IMG/VR virus record: IMGVR_UViG_3300028829_001232
Location: 1 to 36,061 of that record
Source of the DNA: a virus
Taxonomy: Duplodnaviria; Caudoviricetes
Length of the DNA stretch: 36,061 nt
Strand: one strand, 5' to 3'
Shown: piece by piece, positions 35,825 through 36,061 of the stretch
How the letters are laid out: each line of letters starts with the position of its first letter
How positions within the stretch are numbered: position 1 is the first letter of the stretch
Notes under the pieces: model-generated
Told to the model about the DNA's origin: nothing
The model's input: the letters and a program-made list of their open reading frames with translations, nothing else
The model's database searches: none
Translations under genes and position numbers: made by a program

Positions 35825-36061
35825 ATGGCTTATACTCAAAAAAATAACCCTTTTCCAGTAACATCATGTGGTAGACGTAGAGCTGAAGGCATAGGCAAGG
35901 GGTTTAATTCGCCACTGAAAAAAGCTGACCCACGCAGGACTATAGGTCCGGGTAAAAATTTTAACAAAGCTAACCCAACTGGAACAGGTGGTGCAGCTGG
36001 TGGTGGTATGACTCAGAAAGGTGTTGATGAATACAAAAGAAATAATCCAGGTAGTAAGTTA
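35825..36061 (+). CDS. Small basic Gly-rich phage protein, 3'-truncated (DUF6321-like, tentative)
   Basis: Not in ORF track; ATG 35825 is open to the window end: MAYTQKNNPF...SPLKK...GGGMTQKGVDEYKRNNPGSKL. Confidence 0.7.
   Translation, partial: MAYTQKNNPFPVTSCGRRRAEGIGKGFNSPLKKADPRRTIGPGKNFNKANPTGTGGAAGGGMTQKGVDEYKRNNPGSKL

Larger units (their letters stand above)
1..36061 (+). mobile_element. Segment of a tailed phage genome (packaging, head, short tail, ejection module); probable Bacteroidota podovirus, crAss-related gene order
   Basis: Terminase-portal-scaffold-MCP-ring-nozzle-ejection synteny; all credible genes on + strand with tiny gaps or TAATG overlaps; no tape measure or sheath gene recognised; AT-rich leaders without Shine-Dalgarno motifs; no host genes. 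Confidence 0.95.

Noticed and set aside
1-36061. Frequent AGCT tetramers
   Set aside because: Plausibly explained by the preferred Ala codon GCT after A-ending codons; not counted rigorously
1-36061. CRISPR array, tRNA, DGR template/variable repeats, intron or intein
   Set aside because: Intergenic gaps are all under ~80 nt; no spaced direct repeats, cloverleaf, reverse transcriptase or intein motifs seen; TerL and MCP are uninterrupted

Overview
The whole window is one co-oriented (+ strand), densely packed virion morphogenesis module of a tailed dsDNA phage. It most resembles the podovirus-type Bacteroidota/Flavobacteriia phages distantly related to crAss-like viruses (Cellulophaga phi38:1/phi14:2-type gene order); this rests on motif recognition, not a database search. 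Gene order: 5'-truncated LamG/CBM adhesin, three small proteins, tandem GroES-like protein, terminase small and large subunits, portal, acidic scaffold, major capsid protein, capsid-associated protein, two tail ring proteins, a 1829-aa tail nozzle/stabilization protein, two tail accessory proteins, a GNAT-like protein, ejection proteins ending in a giant ~3100-aa protein split into two ORFs, a secreted outer-membrane beta-barrel, and a 3'-truncated basic protein. Best candidates for new biology: (i) the giant protein looks like an injected polyprotein with a HExxH zincin, recurring A-S-K/R linker motifs, a sigma-region-2-like segment and a HAD phosphatase; (ii) a +1 frame break at ~32761 cuts the HAD domain exactly where motif IV should be; (iii) a phage-encoded beta-barrel OMP is translationally coupled to it. 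No tRNA, rRNA, CRISPR array, integrase or transposase was seen.
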